Positions 37,385 to 50,519 of a stretch of 64,000 nucleotides of DNA are shown here, piece by piece. The notes beneath the pieces are model-generated. The model had not been told where the DNA came from. It searched no databases and worked only from the letters and a program-made list of their open reading frames with translations. Position numbers and translations under genes: made by a program. Origin of the DNA: Mustelus asterias. Its lineage: Eukaryota. Positions within the stretch are counted from its first letter, which is position 1, and each line of letters begins with the position of its first letter. The stretch is from the NCBI RefSeq assembly GCF_964213995.1, contig NW_027590139.1:1054001-1118000 (forward strand). Reading direction: 5' to 3'.

Positions 37385-40300
37385 CCTGACTTCGGTCATT
37401 GCCAAGATTTCCGAGTCCATTATTAAAGCTGAGATCGCAGAGTACTTGGAAGTGCAGGATAAAGTAGGACTGAGTCAGCACGGCTTTGTCAAGGGGAGGT
37501 CATGTCTGACAAATCTGTTAGAGTTCTTTGAGGAGCTTTTGATTTGATTTATTATTGTCACATGTGTTAACATAAAGTGAAAAGTGTTGTTTCTTGCACG
37601 CTATACAGAGAAAACATACCATTCATAGAGAAGGAAATGAGAGAGTGCAGAATGTAGTGTTACAGTCAGAGCGAGAGTGTCGAGAAAGATCAACTGAATG
37701 CAAGGTAAGTCCATTCAAAAGACTGACAGCAGCAGAGAAGAAGCTATTCTTGAGTCGGTGGTACGTAACCTCAGACTTTTGTATCTTTATCCCGAGGGAA
37801 GAAGGTGGAAGAGAGAATGTCCGGGGTGCTTGGGGTCCTTAATTATGCTGGCTGCTTTGCCGAGGCAGCGGGAAGTGTAGACAGAGTCAATGGATGGGAG
37901 GCTGGTTCGCATGATGGATTGGGCTACATTCACAACCTTTTGTAGATCCTTGCAGTCTTGGGCAGAGCAGGAGCCATACCAAGCTGTGCTACAACCGGAA
38001 AGAATGCTTTCTATGGTGCATTTGTAAAGGTTGGTGAGAGTCGTAGCTGACATGCCAAATTTCCATAGTCTTCTGAGAAAGTAGAGGCGTTGGTGAGCTT
38101 TCTTAACAAGAGTGTCGACATGGGGAGACCAGGACATGTTTTTGGTGATCTGGATACCTAAAAACCTGAAGCTCTCGACCCTTTCTACTTCGTCCCCATT
38201 GATGTCGACATGGGCATGTTCTTCTTTATGCTTCCTCAAGTCGATGACAATCTCCTTTGTTTTGTTGACATTGAGGGAGGGATTATTGTTGCCGCACCAG
38301 TTCACCAGGTTCTCTATCTCATTCCTGTACTCTGTCTCATCATTGTTTGAAATCCGACCCAGTGCTGTGGTGTCATCAGCAAACTTGAAAATCGAATTGG
38401 AGGGAAATTTAGCCGCACAGTCATAGGTGTAGAAGGAGTATGTTAGGGGGCTGAGAACACAGCCTCGTGGTGCACCGGTGTTGAGGATGATCGTGGAGGA
38501 GGTGTTGTTGCCTATCCTTACTGTTTGTGGTCTGTGAGTTAGGAAGTTCAGGATCCAGTTGCAGAGGGAGGTGCCGAGACCCAGGTCACGGAGTTTGGAG
38601 ATGAGTTTCGTGGGACTAATAGTGTTGAAGACTGAGCTGTAGTCAACAAATAGGAGTCTGACATAGGTGTCCTTGTTATCTAGCTGTTCCAAGGTTGAGT
38701 ACAGGGCCAGGGAAATGGCGTCTGCTGTGGACCTGTTGCGGCGGCAGGCAAACTGTCGTGGATCCAGATAGTCCGGGAGGCTGGAATTGATTTGTGCCAT
38801 GACTGACCTTTCGAAGCACTTCATAATGATGGATGTCAGAGCCACCGGCCGATAGTCATTAAGACACGCTGCTTGGTTTTTCTTAGGTACCAGGATGATG
38901 GTCATCTTTCTTGAAGCAGATAGGGACCTCAGATTGTTGTAAAGAGAGGTTGAAGATGTCTGTGAATACTCCTGCCAGCTGATCCACGCAGGATCTGAAT
39001 GCACGTCCGGGTATCCCATCCGGGCCAGTTGCTTTCTGTGGGTTGACCTTCAAGAAAGCTGCTCTGACATCTGCAATGGAGACCCCAGATACAGGTTCAT
39101 CCAGGGCTTCCAGGGTGGAGAGCATGCTCTCGCTGACCTCTTGCTCAAAACGAATGCATTGAGCTCATCAGGGAGAGGAGCGTTGGAGCCGGCGATTTTA
39201 CATGCCTTCATCTTGTCGCCTGTTATGTCTTGCAGACCTTGCCACAGTCAGCGGGGGTTGGTGTGGCTAGCCTGGGACTCTAGCTTGGTCCGGTATTGTC
39301 TTTTGGCATCTTTGATGGATCTCCTTAGATCATATCTGGTAACAAAGAAGTTAGATAAAGGAGAACTAGTGGACCTGATTTATTTAGATTTCCAGAAGGC
39401 CTTTGACAAGGTGCTGCAGAGGAAACTGTTAAATAAGTTAAGTGCCTATGGTGATAAGGGTAAGATCCTGGCATGGATAGAGGATTGGCTGGCAGAAGGC
39501 AGAGAGTGGGGATAAAGGGGTCTTTCTCAGGATGGCAGCCGGTGACCAGTGGTGTGCCTCAGGGGTCAGTGTTGGGACCACAACTTTTCACAATATACAT
39601 TAACGATTTGGAGGAAGGAACTGAAGGCACTGTTGCTAAGTTTGCAGATGATACAAAGATATGTAGAGGGAGAGGTAGTATCGAGGAAGCAGGGGGGCGG
39701 CAGAAGGACTTGGGACAGGTTAGGAGAGTGGGCAAAGAAGCGGCAGATGGAATACAATGTGGAAAAGTGTGAGGTTATGCACTTTGGAAGGAGGAATGGA
39801 GGCATCAACTATTTTCTAAATGGGGAAATGCTGAGGAAATCAGAAACACAAAGGGACTTGGAAGTCATTGTTCAAGATTCTCTTAAAGTTAACGTGCAGG
39901 TTCAGTCGGCAGTTAGGAAGGCAAATGCAATGTTAGCATTCATGTCGATAGGCCCAGAATACAATAGCAGGGATGTATTTCTGAGGCTGTATAAGGCTCT
40001 GGTCAGCCTTCATTTGGAATGTTGTGAGCAGTTTTGGTCCCCATATCTAAGGAAGGATGTGCTGGCTTTGGAAAAGGTCCAGAGGAGGTTCACAAGAATG
40101 ATCCCTGGAATGAAGAGCTTGTCCTATGAGGAACGGTTGAGGACTCTGGGTCTGTACTCATTAGAGTTTAGAAGGATGAGATTGAAACTTACAGGATACT
40201 GCGAGGCCTGGATAGAGTAGACGTGGAGAGAATGTTTCCACGAGTAGGAACAGCTAGAAATAGAGGGCACAATCTCAGACGAAAAGGATGATCCTTTAAA

Positions 40301-40556
40301 ACCGAGATGAGGAGGAATTTCTTCAGCCAGAGAGTGGTGAATCTGTGGAACTCTTTGCCACAGAAGGCTGTGGAGGCCAGGTCATTGAGTGTCTTTAAGA
40401 TAGAGATAGATAGGTTCTTGATTAATGAGGGGATCAGGGGTTCTGGGGAAAAGGCAGGAGAATGGGGATGAGAATAATATCAGCCATGATTGAATGGCGG
40501 AGCAGACTCGATGGGCCGAGTGGCCTAATTCTGTTACTGTGTCTTATGGTCTTATG
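37385..40556 (+). mobile_element. CR1-like LINE interrupted by a Rex1/Babar element
   Basis: ...GAGTTCTTTGAGGAG (37535) rejoins GTAACAAAGAAG (~39338). RT motifs continue to the 3'UTR at ~40555. Confidence 0.8.
37540..39337 (-). mobile_element. Rex1/Babar-like LINE, 5'-truncated
   Basis: [42 protein letters not shown] and [10 protein letters not shown] motifs. (TCAAA)n tail. Confidence 0.8.
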
Positions 40557-41163
40557 AGTTGAGACTGGGGTGGCGTCGGACGATGTCACTGAGGTGGAAA
40601 TAGGCAGTCTTGATGATGATGTGGCTGGAAGCTCATCCTGGAGTGAAATATTTCACCATGCTTGTGAACAGCCTGGTTCCGGCTCCGACAGGGAGTGGAG
40701 TTTGTCGTGGTGACTGAAGACAATGGGTTCAGACTTCCCAGTATTTATATGGAAAACATTTCTGTTCTCTTAGTCCTGGATGTCAGACAAGTCAGGATGG
40801 TGTGTGTGAGTTGGAGGGGAACTTGGAGCTGATGGTGCTAACCACTGTGCCACCGTGCCGCAGAATGCTAAATGGAATGAGAGAGAGAGTGTATGTGTGA
40901 GGGGCGTGGGTGGAGATTTAAAGAATGTTCCATAGAAACTACAATTGTCTGTTTTGAATTTCTATCATGTGCTGACAGTGATGATTTTATTGGAAGGAGA
41001 GGTTTTGAAAATGGAAATCTCAAAAGAGTCACTTGATTCATAAGGACGTGAAAATCATCAGCCTTTTTAACATCAGTGTGACTGGAAAAGCACTGAGATT
41101 CGCACACCCGTATCAGAGTGTTCCAGTGCACTGATTGTGGAGAGACACAAGGACTCCGACACC

Positions 41164-41391
41164 ATGGAGAAACCATGGAAATGTGGAGACTGTGGGAAGG
41201 GATTCAGAGCCCCATCTGAGGTGGAATCTCATCGACGCAGTCACATCGGGGAGAGACCGTTCATATGCTGCACTTGTTGGAAGGAATTCAATCATTCATC
41301 AAATCTGCTGAGACACCAGTGAATTCACACTGAGGAGAGGCTAGTCACCTGCTCACAGTGTGGGAAGGGATTCAGAGATTCACCCACCCTG
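41164..41391 (+). pseudogene. C2H2 zinc-finger pseudogene F
   Basis: MEKPWKC start, TGA at 41320, array cut off by a G-rich repeat. Confidence 0.85.
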
Positions 41392-42270
41392 CGGGGGGGG
41401 GGGGAGGGGGGGGGGAGGGGGGGGGGAGAGCAGGGGGGTTAGAGCGGCGGGGGGGGGGGGAAAGGAGCAGGGGAGGGGAAAGAGTGGGGGGGGGGAAGAG
41501 CAGGGGGAAGAGCGTGGGGGGAAAGAGCGGGGGGGAGAGAGTGGGGGGGAAAAAGCAGGGGGGGGGAAGAGCAGGGGGGTGGAAGAGCGGGGGGGGAAGA
41601 GCAGGGGGGTGGAAGAGCAGGGGGGGATAGACCGGGGGAAAAGAGCAGAGAGGGAGAAAGGAGCAGGGGGAGAAAGTGTAGAATTCGTGTTTCGGAAGTC
41701 GGATCAAAAACTGAAGAGACACAGGTTTCTCCGAAAGCCGCCTTTATTGCATCAGAGGAGAGATCGCAAGACCATGCACATCCAGCATGGGTTTGTGAGT
41801 CTCTGTCTGGCTTACAAAAAAGTTTCAGTGATACATGACGGAGATACATCCACAAACTTCTGTTAGCCAATAAGGGCATAGCTGTATTGTTACATTTTGA
41901 TTAGATTACTTTCAAGGACAAAAGGCCAATCGATAAGGCCCTGCCCTCCGAAGCCAGAACCACAATTACCTATCAGCAGTTTCTTTAACGTGATCATTAG
42001 TTTCACTTGTCGCCCTCGCCTCAGGCCCTTTCCAAAACCAGTTTATCCCTCAACTGATTTCTAGTTACGCATCCCAATTTTAACCCTTTCCTCTTCTCAA
42101 TCTACCTTATACACATTCTCAAAAGAGCAAGGGGGGGAAAGGAGCAGGGGGAGGGGTGGGGGGGGGGGGAGAGCAAGATTGAGAGAGAGAAAGATTGGGA
42201 GAGAGAGAGAGAGAAAGATTGAGAGAGAAAGATTGACAGAGCGAGAGAGAGAGAAAGATTGAAAGAGAAA
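41392..42270 (+). repeat. G/purine-rich repeat ((G)nAAGAGCA units grading into GAGAGAAAGATT units), split by an LTR
   Basis: Read directly. Many G-runs of 5-10. Confidence 0.85.
41677..42121 (-). mobile_element. Solo LTR (~445 bp) with 4-bp target duplication AAAG
   Basis: TGTAGAA...TTCTCA termini, AAAG at 41673-41676 and 42122-42125, AATAAA on the minus strand at ~41745. Confidence 0.7.
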
Positions 42271-42287
42271 GAATCCAACCCCTGTAA

Positions 42288-43129
42288 TCACTTGTGAACT
42301 TGTTGGTGTCTCTGCAGGTTGGATGACCGATTGAATCCCTTCCCACACACAGAGCAGGTGAACGATCTCTCCCCGGTGTGAACTCGTTGGTGTCTCCGCC
42401 GTGTGGATGACCTCCTAAACCTCTTTGAGCAGTGAGAGCAGCTAAACGGTCTCACGTCAGTGTGAATGGACTGGTGGATCATCAGTTCCTGAGGGCTTTT
42501 GAAGCCACTCCCACAGTCAGAGCATTTAAAGGGTCTGTCTTGGGTGTGAGTGACCTTGTGGCTCAACAGGTTGGGCAACTGAGTGAATCCCTTCCCACAC
42601 ACAGAGCAGGTGTACGGTCTCTCTCTGGCATGAACCCGTTGGTGTGTCAACAGATTGTTAACCGAGTGAACTCTTTCCCACAGTCAGAGCAGGTGAATGG
42701 CCTCTCCCCAGTGTGAACTCGCTGGTGTACCCGCAGACTGGATGACCTTCTAAACCTGTTTGTGCTGTGAGAGCAGCTGAACGGTCTCTCCTCACTGTGA
42801 ATGCGCTGGTGGGACACCAGTTCCCCAGAGCTTTTGAAGCTACTCCCACAGTCAGAGCATTTAAAGGGTCTCTCCTGGATGTGAGTGAGATTGTGTTTCA
42901 GCAGGTTGGATAACTGACTGAATCCCTTCCCACACACAGAGCAGGTGAATGGACTCTCCCCAGTGTGAACTCCCTGGTGTGTTTGTAAATGGGATAACTG
43001 AGTGAATCCCTTCCCACACACAGAGCAGGTGAATGGTCTCTCTCCAGTGTGACTGCGCCAATGAGTTTCCAGTGCAGATGGGAACCTGAATCCTTTCCCA
43101 CAGTCCCCACATTTACACAATTTCTCCAT
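42288..43129 (-). pseudogene. C2H2 zinc-finger gene G (~10 fingers) with a 1-nt frameshift; same subfamily as I
   Basis: ORFs 42647..43165 and 42288..42650 overlap out of frame at ~42660. Shares SHKVTHT / CGSGFKS / FSCSHC fingers with gene I. Confidence 0.8.
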
Positions 43130-43899
43130 GGTGCGGGTGTCCTTGTGACTCTCCAGGCTTGACAATCAGTTCAGTTACAACATAACATGGGTGCGGTCTC
43201 TCTGCTGCAATGTATTTTCAGGCTGTTTAACTGGTTAAAGTTCTTTCCACAGTCACTCAGGTGTGTGCATGTTTCAGTGTGTGTGTGTCTCGGTGCTTTT
43301 CCAGTCACACTGATGTTTAAAATCTCCTGAAGCAGACAGAGCAGAGAAACATTTCCATTCTAGATTCAAATGTCGATGATATTCAGGTCCCAATGAACTG
43401 AGTGACTATGTTAGATTTTGATGTGAAGTTTGGTTTGATATTCGTCTTTAAATTTTCGCCTTCTGATATCCTGCTAAAGGAATTTACAAAAGTCATCAGT
43501 GTCAGCACAGGATAGAAATTCAGAACAGACAATTCAAGTTTCTATGGAGCATTCTTTCCTCTCTCATTCCCCAAAAGCTGTAAATCTCCATCCCACACAT
43601 TCTCCCTCCATTCTCACTCTGCTGTATCTAATATTCAACCTCCCAATTCTCCTGAAGGTGCTGCTTGAGGCTGATTGACAGATCCATGCTCACTGCTTCC
43701 TGTCCTGGACACAGAGAGCTGAAAATTTCCATGCAGGCGGCCAGACAGATAAATGTCTACATTACTGGAGGAAAAATGTGTGGAATATACAGACCGAATT
43801 CACTTCCTTTCCCTTCAGTTGCTGCAAGTCCCCAATTTCCCCCAGAATGAGAAAAGAAATGGAAAGGGGGAAACATTGATTTTCTCCCAGATGTTGCCC

Positions 43900-45480
43900 T
43901 CTTTTTCGGTCAAACAAAATAAACAAACTCAGATTAAATCAGGACAAAGTAAAAGGGGCAGCTCCCAAAAAGGAGGGGGAACAGCCCGAACAGAAATCAA
44001 AGTACAAAGGAAACTTAAACATCAAATCATAATGTGATTATTAGGGTCAATAATGCACCCCAACCCCTGCGGTGCCCAGCGGGCGCGGAAGGCGTCAACC
44101 GCGCCCGTGAACACCGCATGCTCCCTCTCCAGGGACACATGGCCGCGAACGTAGCCGCGGTAGAGGGGAAGACAGTCAGGATGGACGGCCCCCTCGATCG
44201 CCGGCTGCCTGGACCGGTAAATGGCGCGTTTCGCCAGGAGCAGGTTCACGAGGAGGTCGCCATCCCGACCCTCCCCTCTCCGCACTGGGTGTGCGTAGAT
44301 CAGGAGCGTGGGACTGAAGTGCAAACAAAACATCAATAAAAGGTTCTTTAGGAAAACATAAAGGGAGTGCAACCTAAGACACACAACATAGACATGGTCC
44401 ACGGACTCCACAAGGCCGCAGAAAGGGCAGTCTTCGGAGCCCGTGAACCAGTGAATCCTACGGTTGTGCGGAACTGCTGCATGCATCACCCTCCACCCCA
44501 GGTCCCAGACGTAAGTGGGGGAGATCCCTCCGTAGAGGGACCTCCAGCGGGGACCTCCGCCACCCGGCAGCAACAAGGCCCGCCATGGTGTACCCGGGCG
44601 ACAGGCGAGGAGGCGGTAGTGGAAGGTGTGCAGCAGCAGCCCGCACAGGAAACGCCTCCGCGCGGTAGAAAAAGGCACGGAGGACATTTCCGCGAGGCGG
44701 CTCAGGCTGTGGGGCACCTCACCCAGGGGGGGGGGGCTGAGGCTTTGGGCCAATGTGGAATTCTGCCCGAACAGGGGAACGCTCGGGCGGGATCCCACCG
44801 CATGCCTGCGCCGTCTCGAGTTTGCGTGCAGTTTCGGGGCCGAGCACGACCGTCCTAAGGTCTAGGATGGCTTTGGCCGCGCGCCAGACGGTCGTCCCCG
44901 CGCGCTCAGCCAGCACGCGGGGACTCATCCAGCCCGCTCCTCCGACATCGAGCACGTCCCCGATTCTGGTCACCCCGGCGTCCACAGCCCTCCTCTCCGC
45001 CAGCCACCTGAAGTCACGAGAGCCGCTACTCCTGACGGGGGAGAGCTGCGTCGCGAGGCGACCGTGTTCCAGACAGTGAGGAGGTCCTGGTAAAAGACGG
45101 GCAACTCCTGCAGGGTGGTCGGAACACGCCCCAGTTCGATATGCAGGAGCTGCACGTCATAATTGAGGCCGTGCCACTGGCAGAAGAAATACGTTGCCAT
45201 GGCACACCACTGTGGAGGGGGCTCAACGTAAAGGTACCTCTGCAGGGCCTGGAGGCGGAAGGTCGCTATCTGAGTGCGGAGGCACACCAGACCTTGTCCA
45301 CCCTCCTCAAGCGGGAGATGCAAAACTGCAGCAGGGACCCAGTGCAGTCGATTGCCCCAGAAGAACCGCACGAGGGTTCTCTGGATATCGGTGACAAAGC
45401 CAGGGGGAGGGGTCAAAGGGACCAGCCGGTACCACAGCATGGAGGTGACCAGCTGGTTTATGACGTGAACTCGCGCCCGT
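43900..45480 (-). mobile_element. Tx1-like non-LTR retrotransposon, copy 2
   Basis: ORFs 44022..44798 and 44970..45500, zinc knuckle CPFCGLVESVDH. Same junction positions as copy 1. Confidence 0.85.
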
Positions 45481-46182
45481 GAATGGTCACAAACACTCAC
45501 ATCTGAAACAATTTAACTGATTTTAATATTAAAATCTCCTGCTGGAGCCTGCAGCTGGAAAGATATCAGAAGCATTGGCATCAGAGAAAAATCTCCCAGT
45601 TGAGGAAATCCCCGGGGAGCGGGGGTGATGTCACTGTGCAATTGTAAGTATGCAATGAGATCACAGACAGGAACACAGAATACCTGGGTCTGTGCAAACC
45701 AGTGATCACCACACATTATGGAGGATGTGAGGCTCCTTGACAGGGTGCAGAGGAGATTTATCAAAATGGTTTCAGGGATGAGGAATTATAGTTACAATGT
45801 TAGGCTGGATAACTTGGGGTTATTTCTATGATTCTTGGGGTTATTTCTATGATTCTATGAACTTGGGGTTGTTCTCCTTGGAGCAAAGTAGATTGATAGA
45901 GGTGTACAAGGGTACATGGAGGTGTCAAAGTTTACATGCTCTGTTTACACGTGTACAAGCCCTGACTATGGGTCATCCAGTCTCGAAACGTTGGTTCTAT
46001 TCTCTCTCCACAGATGCTGTCAGATCTGCTGAGATTTTCCAGCATTTATTGTTTTTATTTTCCTTTCTTTTTCCTTCTCTGCCACCGCTCTGCCTCATCA
46101 ATAAGACATTGGGACTCAGGGTTGATGCAGTTTGATGGACAAGTTGTCTCCATTCTGAACACTGGGGAACAAGCCCCTCCCA

Positions 46183-46625
46183 CTGATTGACAACATTGCC
46201 CTCTACAAACATGGCGGCCGCACGTGCGCACTGCTGCATATTGCCCCCAATAAAGGTGGCGAACGTTAACCCGGGACGAACACGAGGAGCTGCAGCCCTT
46301 CTCGGTACAAACTGGGTCCGAGAAGTTCTCTTCCGCGGTTTGCGGCTGACACAACATGCTTACGCAGCGTTTCCACCCACCTGGACGATCCATTGCTCTC
46401 TCCGTACCTCCAATCACCTCTAACAGATTTCCGAGCCCAGAACAAAAGCCGTTTCCCATCGCCATTACTCACACTGCGCATGCTCCAGTCAAAGCTGGCC
46501 CCGCCCCTCTTTCGCTCCCATTGGTTGGAGGACCGACCGCTCCATGTCGGTCCTCCAGCACTGTCCCCTCTTCCCATTGGTCCGCGCTGCCGTCAATCAG
46601 CCGGGCATTGTGACGGTGATTTGCT
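46183..46625. promoter_or_regulatory. CpG promoter module, duplicate of 29100-29540
   Basis: Near-identical sequence. Confidence 0.65.
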
Positions 46626-46702
46626 GCTTGTCCAATAATAACAGTAAGAAGTTTAACAACACCAGGTTAAAGTCCAACAGGTTTATTTGGTGGCAAACGT
46701 CA

Positions 46703-46739
46703 CACAAGCTTTCGGAGCCTCAAGCCCCTTCTTCAGGTG
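46703..46739 (-). ncRNA. Minimal hammerhead ribozyme motif
   Basis: Same motif as 29620-29656. Confidence 0.75.
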
Positions 46740-47918
46740 AGTGGGAATTCTGTTCACAAACAGGGCTTATAAAGACACAGACTCAATTTACAGAATAATG
46801 GTTGGAATGCGAATACTTACAGCTAATCAAGTCTTTAAGATACAAACAATGTGAGTGGAGAGCATCCACTCTAAACACGTTGGACAAGCCCTCCGTATAC
46901 ACAGGATCTGCTCGGATGAGGAGGATCGCAACAGACACCTCCAGACGCTGAAAGATGCCCTCATAAGAACAGGATATGGCGCTCAACTCATCGATCGACA
47001 GTTCCGACGCGCCACAGCGAAAAACCGCCACCGCACCGACCTCCTCAGAAGACAAACACGGGACAAGGTGGACAGAGTACCCTTCGTCGTCCAGTACTTC
47101 CTCGGAGCGGAGAAGCTACGGCATCTTCTCCGGAGCCTTCAACATGTCATTGATGAAGACGAACATCTCACCAAGGCCATCCCCACACCCCCACTTCTTG
47201 CCTTCAAACAACCGCACAACCTCAAACAGGCCATTGTCCGCAGCAAACTACCCAGCCTTCAGGAGAACAGTGACCACGACACCACACAACCCTGCCACAG
47301 CAACCTCTGCAACACGTGCCGGATCATCGACACAGATGCCATCATCTCACGTGAGAACACCATCCACCAGGTACACGGTACATACTCTTGCAACTCGGCC
47401 AACGTTGTCTACCTGATACGCTGCAGGAAAGGATGTCCCGAGGCATGGTACATTGGGGAAACCATGCAGACACTGCGACAACGGATGAATGAACACCGCT
47501 CGACAATCACCAGGCAAGACTGTTCTCTTCCTGTTGGGGAGCACTTGAGCGGTCACGGACATTCAGCCTCTGATCTTCGGGTAAGCGTTCTCCAAGGCTG
47601 CCTTCACGACACACGACAGCGCAGAGTCGCTGAGCAGAAACTGATAGCCAAGTTCCGCACACGAGGACGGCCTCAACCGGGATATTGGGTTCATGTCACA
47701 CTATCTGTACTCCCCACAGCTTGCCTGGACTTGCAGAGTTTCACTGGCTGTCCTGTCTGGAGACAATACACATCTCTTTAACCTGTCTTGATGCTCTCTC
47801 CACTCGCATTGTTTGTACCTTTAAGACTTGATTAGCTGTAAGTATTCGCATTCCAACCACTATTCTGTAAATTGAGTTTGTGTCTTTATATGCCCTGTTT
47901 GTGAACAGAATTCCCACT

Positions 47919-47955
47919 CACCTGAAGAAGGAGCTTAAGGCTCCGAAAGCTTGTG
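47919..47955 (+). ncRNA. Minimal hammerhead ribozyme motif
   Basis: Same motif as 30848-30884. Confidence 0.8.
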
Positions 47956-49628
47956 GCTTTTTCTACCAAATAAACCTGTTGGACTTTAACCTGGTGTTGT
48001 TAAACTTCTTACTGTGTTTACCCCAGTCCAACGCCGGCATCTCCACATTAGCAATAACAGAGTCTCAGTGTAACAATGACACACACAGGCTCCAATACAA
48101 TCAGAGTGGAGATGGGGCACAGAGACAACACAGCAAAGCACTGACTTACTCTGAGTGTAACAAATACAATGTTTGTTCAAATAATAAGAGTCACGTTGCA
48201 GTATGTTAGCGAACACAGCATTGGATCCAATGTAATGGTAATACAGTCAGTATCTCGTGCACCAGAACCAAAGTTTAGGTTTCATTTGATAGTGTGAGTG
48301 AGTCATGGTCTATTGATATAATGTATTTAAATTCCGATGTGTGTTACTCTGCCACTGTCAGTATCAGACAATAACCTGTCTGTTATTCCAATTCTGCTGT
48401 ATTCTACAACTGCAGTTTCAGTGTCTCTGAGGTCATTTTAACTGCAGGTAATCTGACATTAATGGAGACAAGAGGCCCAACAAACATTTGATTATAATAG
48501 GAGGACAAAGTGTAAGGGAGCAATGATATTTTAAGGTGTCTGTGTTATGGTGAGTGTCACTGGGAGGTGAGTGATAAAATACACGTGGAAACATCATGAC
48601 AGAGACACATGTGACTGACGCGGCCTGACTGAGAGCTGTTATACTCGAGGCGAGAATAATGAGGACATGGGGAACTCCTGAGATTTCTGATATCTGAGGT
48701 GTATCTGTTAGAGGAACTGAAAATAATCAGTTCCTCCTCATGGTTATCTCCAGTTCTCAAGTTACACAGACACACAGGAAAGAGATCTGACAGCTCATCA
48801 AACCCAATATTTTAATCTTCTGTTTGAGACACGTTATGACCGAAAAGATCAAACATTAAAACCTTAGGAGAGAAACATTCAGAATGTCACAAAGATGAGT
48901 GAACTGTCCAATTAATCCCATTCACCATAACTCTGCCAATTTACCTTCTGCAAGTATTTATCCAATTCCCTTTGAAAGCTACTATTAAACCTGCTTCTAG
49001 CACTTGTCAGTTTGTGCATTCCAGATCATATCAAGTTATTGTGTAAAACATTCTCCTTATCACCCCCTCCAGTTCTGTTGTTAATTAAATTAAATCTCTG
49101 TTCTCTGCTTACAGACCCTCCTGCACCGAGCAAATCGATTCTCTCCATCGACAGGCCCTTGTGCTCCTGGGAGATAATTTCTCTCCATTGACACTATCAT
49201 AAATCATTTGTCGTTTTAAACACCTCTATTTAATCTCCCCATCACATTCCCTCATCTAAGATGGATAACGCATGTTTTTCCTGCCCTGAAGAATTATATG
49301 GACTCAAAATGTTAACTGTTTCTCTCTCAACAGATGCCACCGGACCTGCCGCGTTTTTCTGCTTTTCTCCCTGTTTTTCCCTCTATAATCAATCAGAAAC
49401 TCTTCATGATTTTGAACATCTTGATCAAATAGGAACACACAAAGCCTGAGAGAGATACAGAGGAAGGGAGAGACAGAAAGACTGAGAGAAAAATTGAGAA
49501 AGATTCTCCCCAGTGTGAACTTGCTGGTGTTTCAGAAGATAAGATAAATGAGAAAATCCCTTCCCACAGACAGAGCAGGTAAATGGCCTCTCCCCACTGT
49601 GAATTCTCTGGTGTGTCAGCAGGTTGGA

Positions 49629-50519
49629 TTACTGACTGAATCCCTTCCCACACGTGGAGCAGGTGAACGGCCTCTCCCCAGTGTGAACTCGCTGGTGATT
49701 CAATAGGTTGGATGAACGAGTGAATCCCTTCCCACACACGGAGCAAGTGAATGGCCTCTCCTCACTGTGAACCTGCTGGTGTGTCAGAAGGTTGTATGAA
49801 CGGGTGAATCCCTTCCCACATTCAGAGCAGGTGAACGGTCGATCCCCTGTGTGGAGTTGCTGGTGTATCAGAAGGTTGGATGAATTAATGAATCCCTTCC
49901 CACAGTCTGAGCAGGTGAAGGGCCTCTCCCCAGTGTGAATTCTCTGGTGGTTCAATAGGGCAGATGGACGGCTGAATCCCTTCCCACACACACAGCAGGT
50001 GAATGGCCTCTCCCCAGTGTGAGTATATTGGTGCGTCAGCAGATCTTTTTTATTTTTAAAGCTCTTCTCACAGTGGGAACAATTAAAAAGTTTGTTATCA
50101 GAGTGAACAAGTTGATGTGTCTGCAAGTGGGATGACTGAATGAATCCTTTCCCACACACAGAGCAGGTGAATGGTCTCTCCCCAGTGTGAATACGTTGGT
50201 GCGTCAGCAGATCTTTTTTGCATTTAAAACTCTTCTCACAGTCAGAACATGTAAACATTCTCTCATCTGTGTGAACAAGTTGGTGTGTCACAATGTGGGA
50301 TGAGCGAGTGAATCCCTTCCCACACACAGGGCAGGTGAACGGCCTCTCCCCAGTGTGAACCCGTCGGTGAGTCAGAAGGTTGTATGAATGGGTGAATCCC
50401 TTCCCACAAACAGAGCAGGTGAACGGTCTCTCCCCAGTGTGACTGCGCCGATGAACTTCCAGTTGTGATGGGAAACCGAATCCCTTCCCGCACTCCACAC
50501 ATTTCCACGGTTTCTCCAT
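49629..50519 (-). CDS. C2H2 zinc-finger gene H, 10 complete fingers, premature TAA (possible pseudogene)
   Basis: Kozak ATG at 50519, and TCA>TAA at 49629 relative to paralog E. Finger sequence continues to ~49505, where a deletion removes the 3' end. Confidence 0.7.
   Translation of the reverse strand: MEKPWKCVECGKGFGFPSQLEVHRRSHTGERPFTCSVCGKGFTHSYNLLTHRRVHTGERPFTCPVCGKGFTRSSHIVTHQLVHTDERMFTCSDCEKSFKCKKDLLTHQRIHTGERPFTCSVCGKGFIQSSHLQTHQLVHSDNKLFNCSHCEKSFKNKKDLLTHQYTHTGERPFTCCVCGKGFSRPSALLNHQRIHTGERPFTCSDCGKGFINSSNLLIHQQLHTGDRPFTCSECGKGFTRSYNLLTHQQVHSEERPFTCSVCGKGFTRSSNLLNHQRVHTGERPFTCSTCGKGFSQ

Larger units (their letters stand above)
46642..48049 (+). mobile_element. Penelope-like element (duplicate of 29560-30978)
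   Basis: ORF 46855..47781 with GIY-YIG. Inverted pLTR arrangement. Confidence 0.9.
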
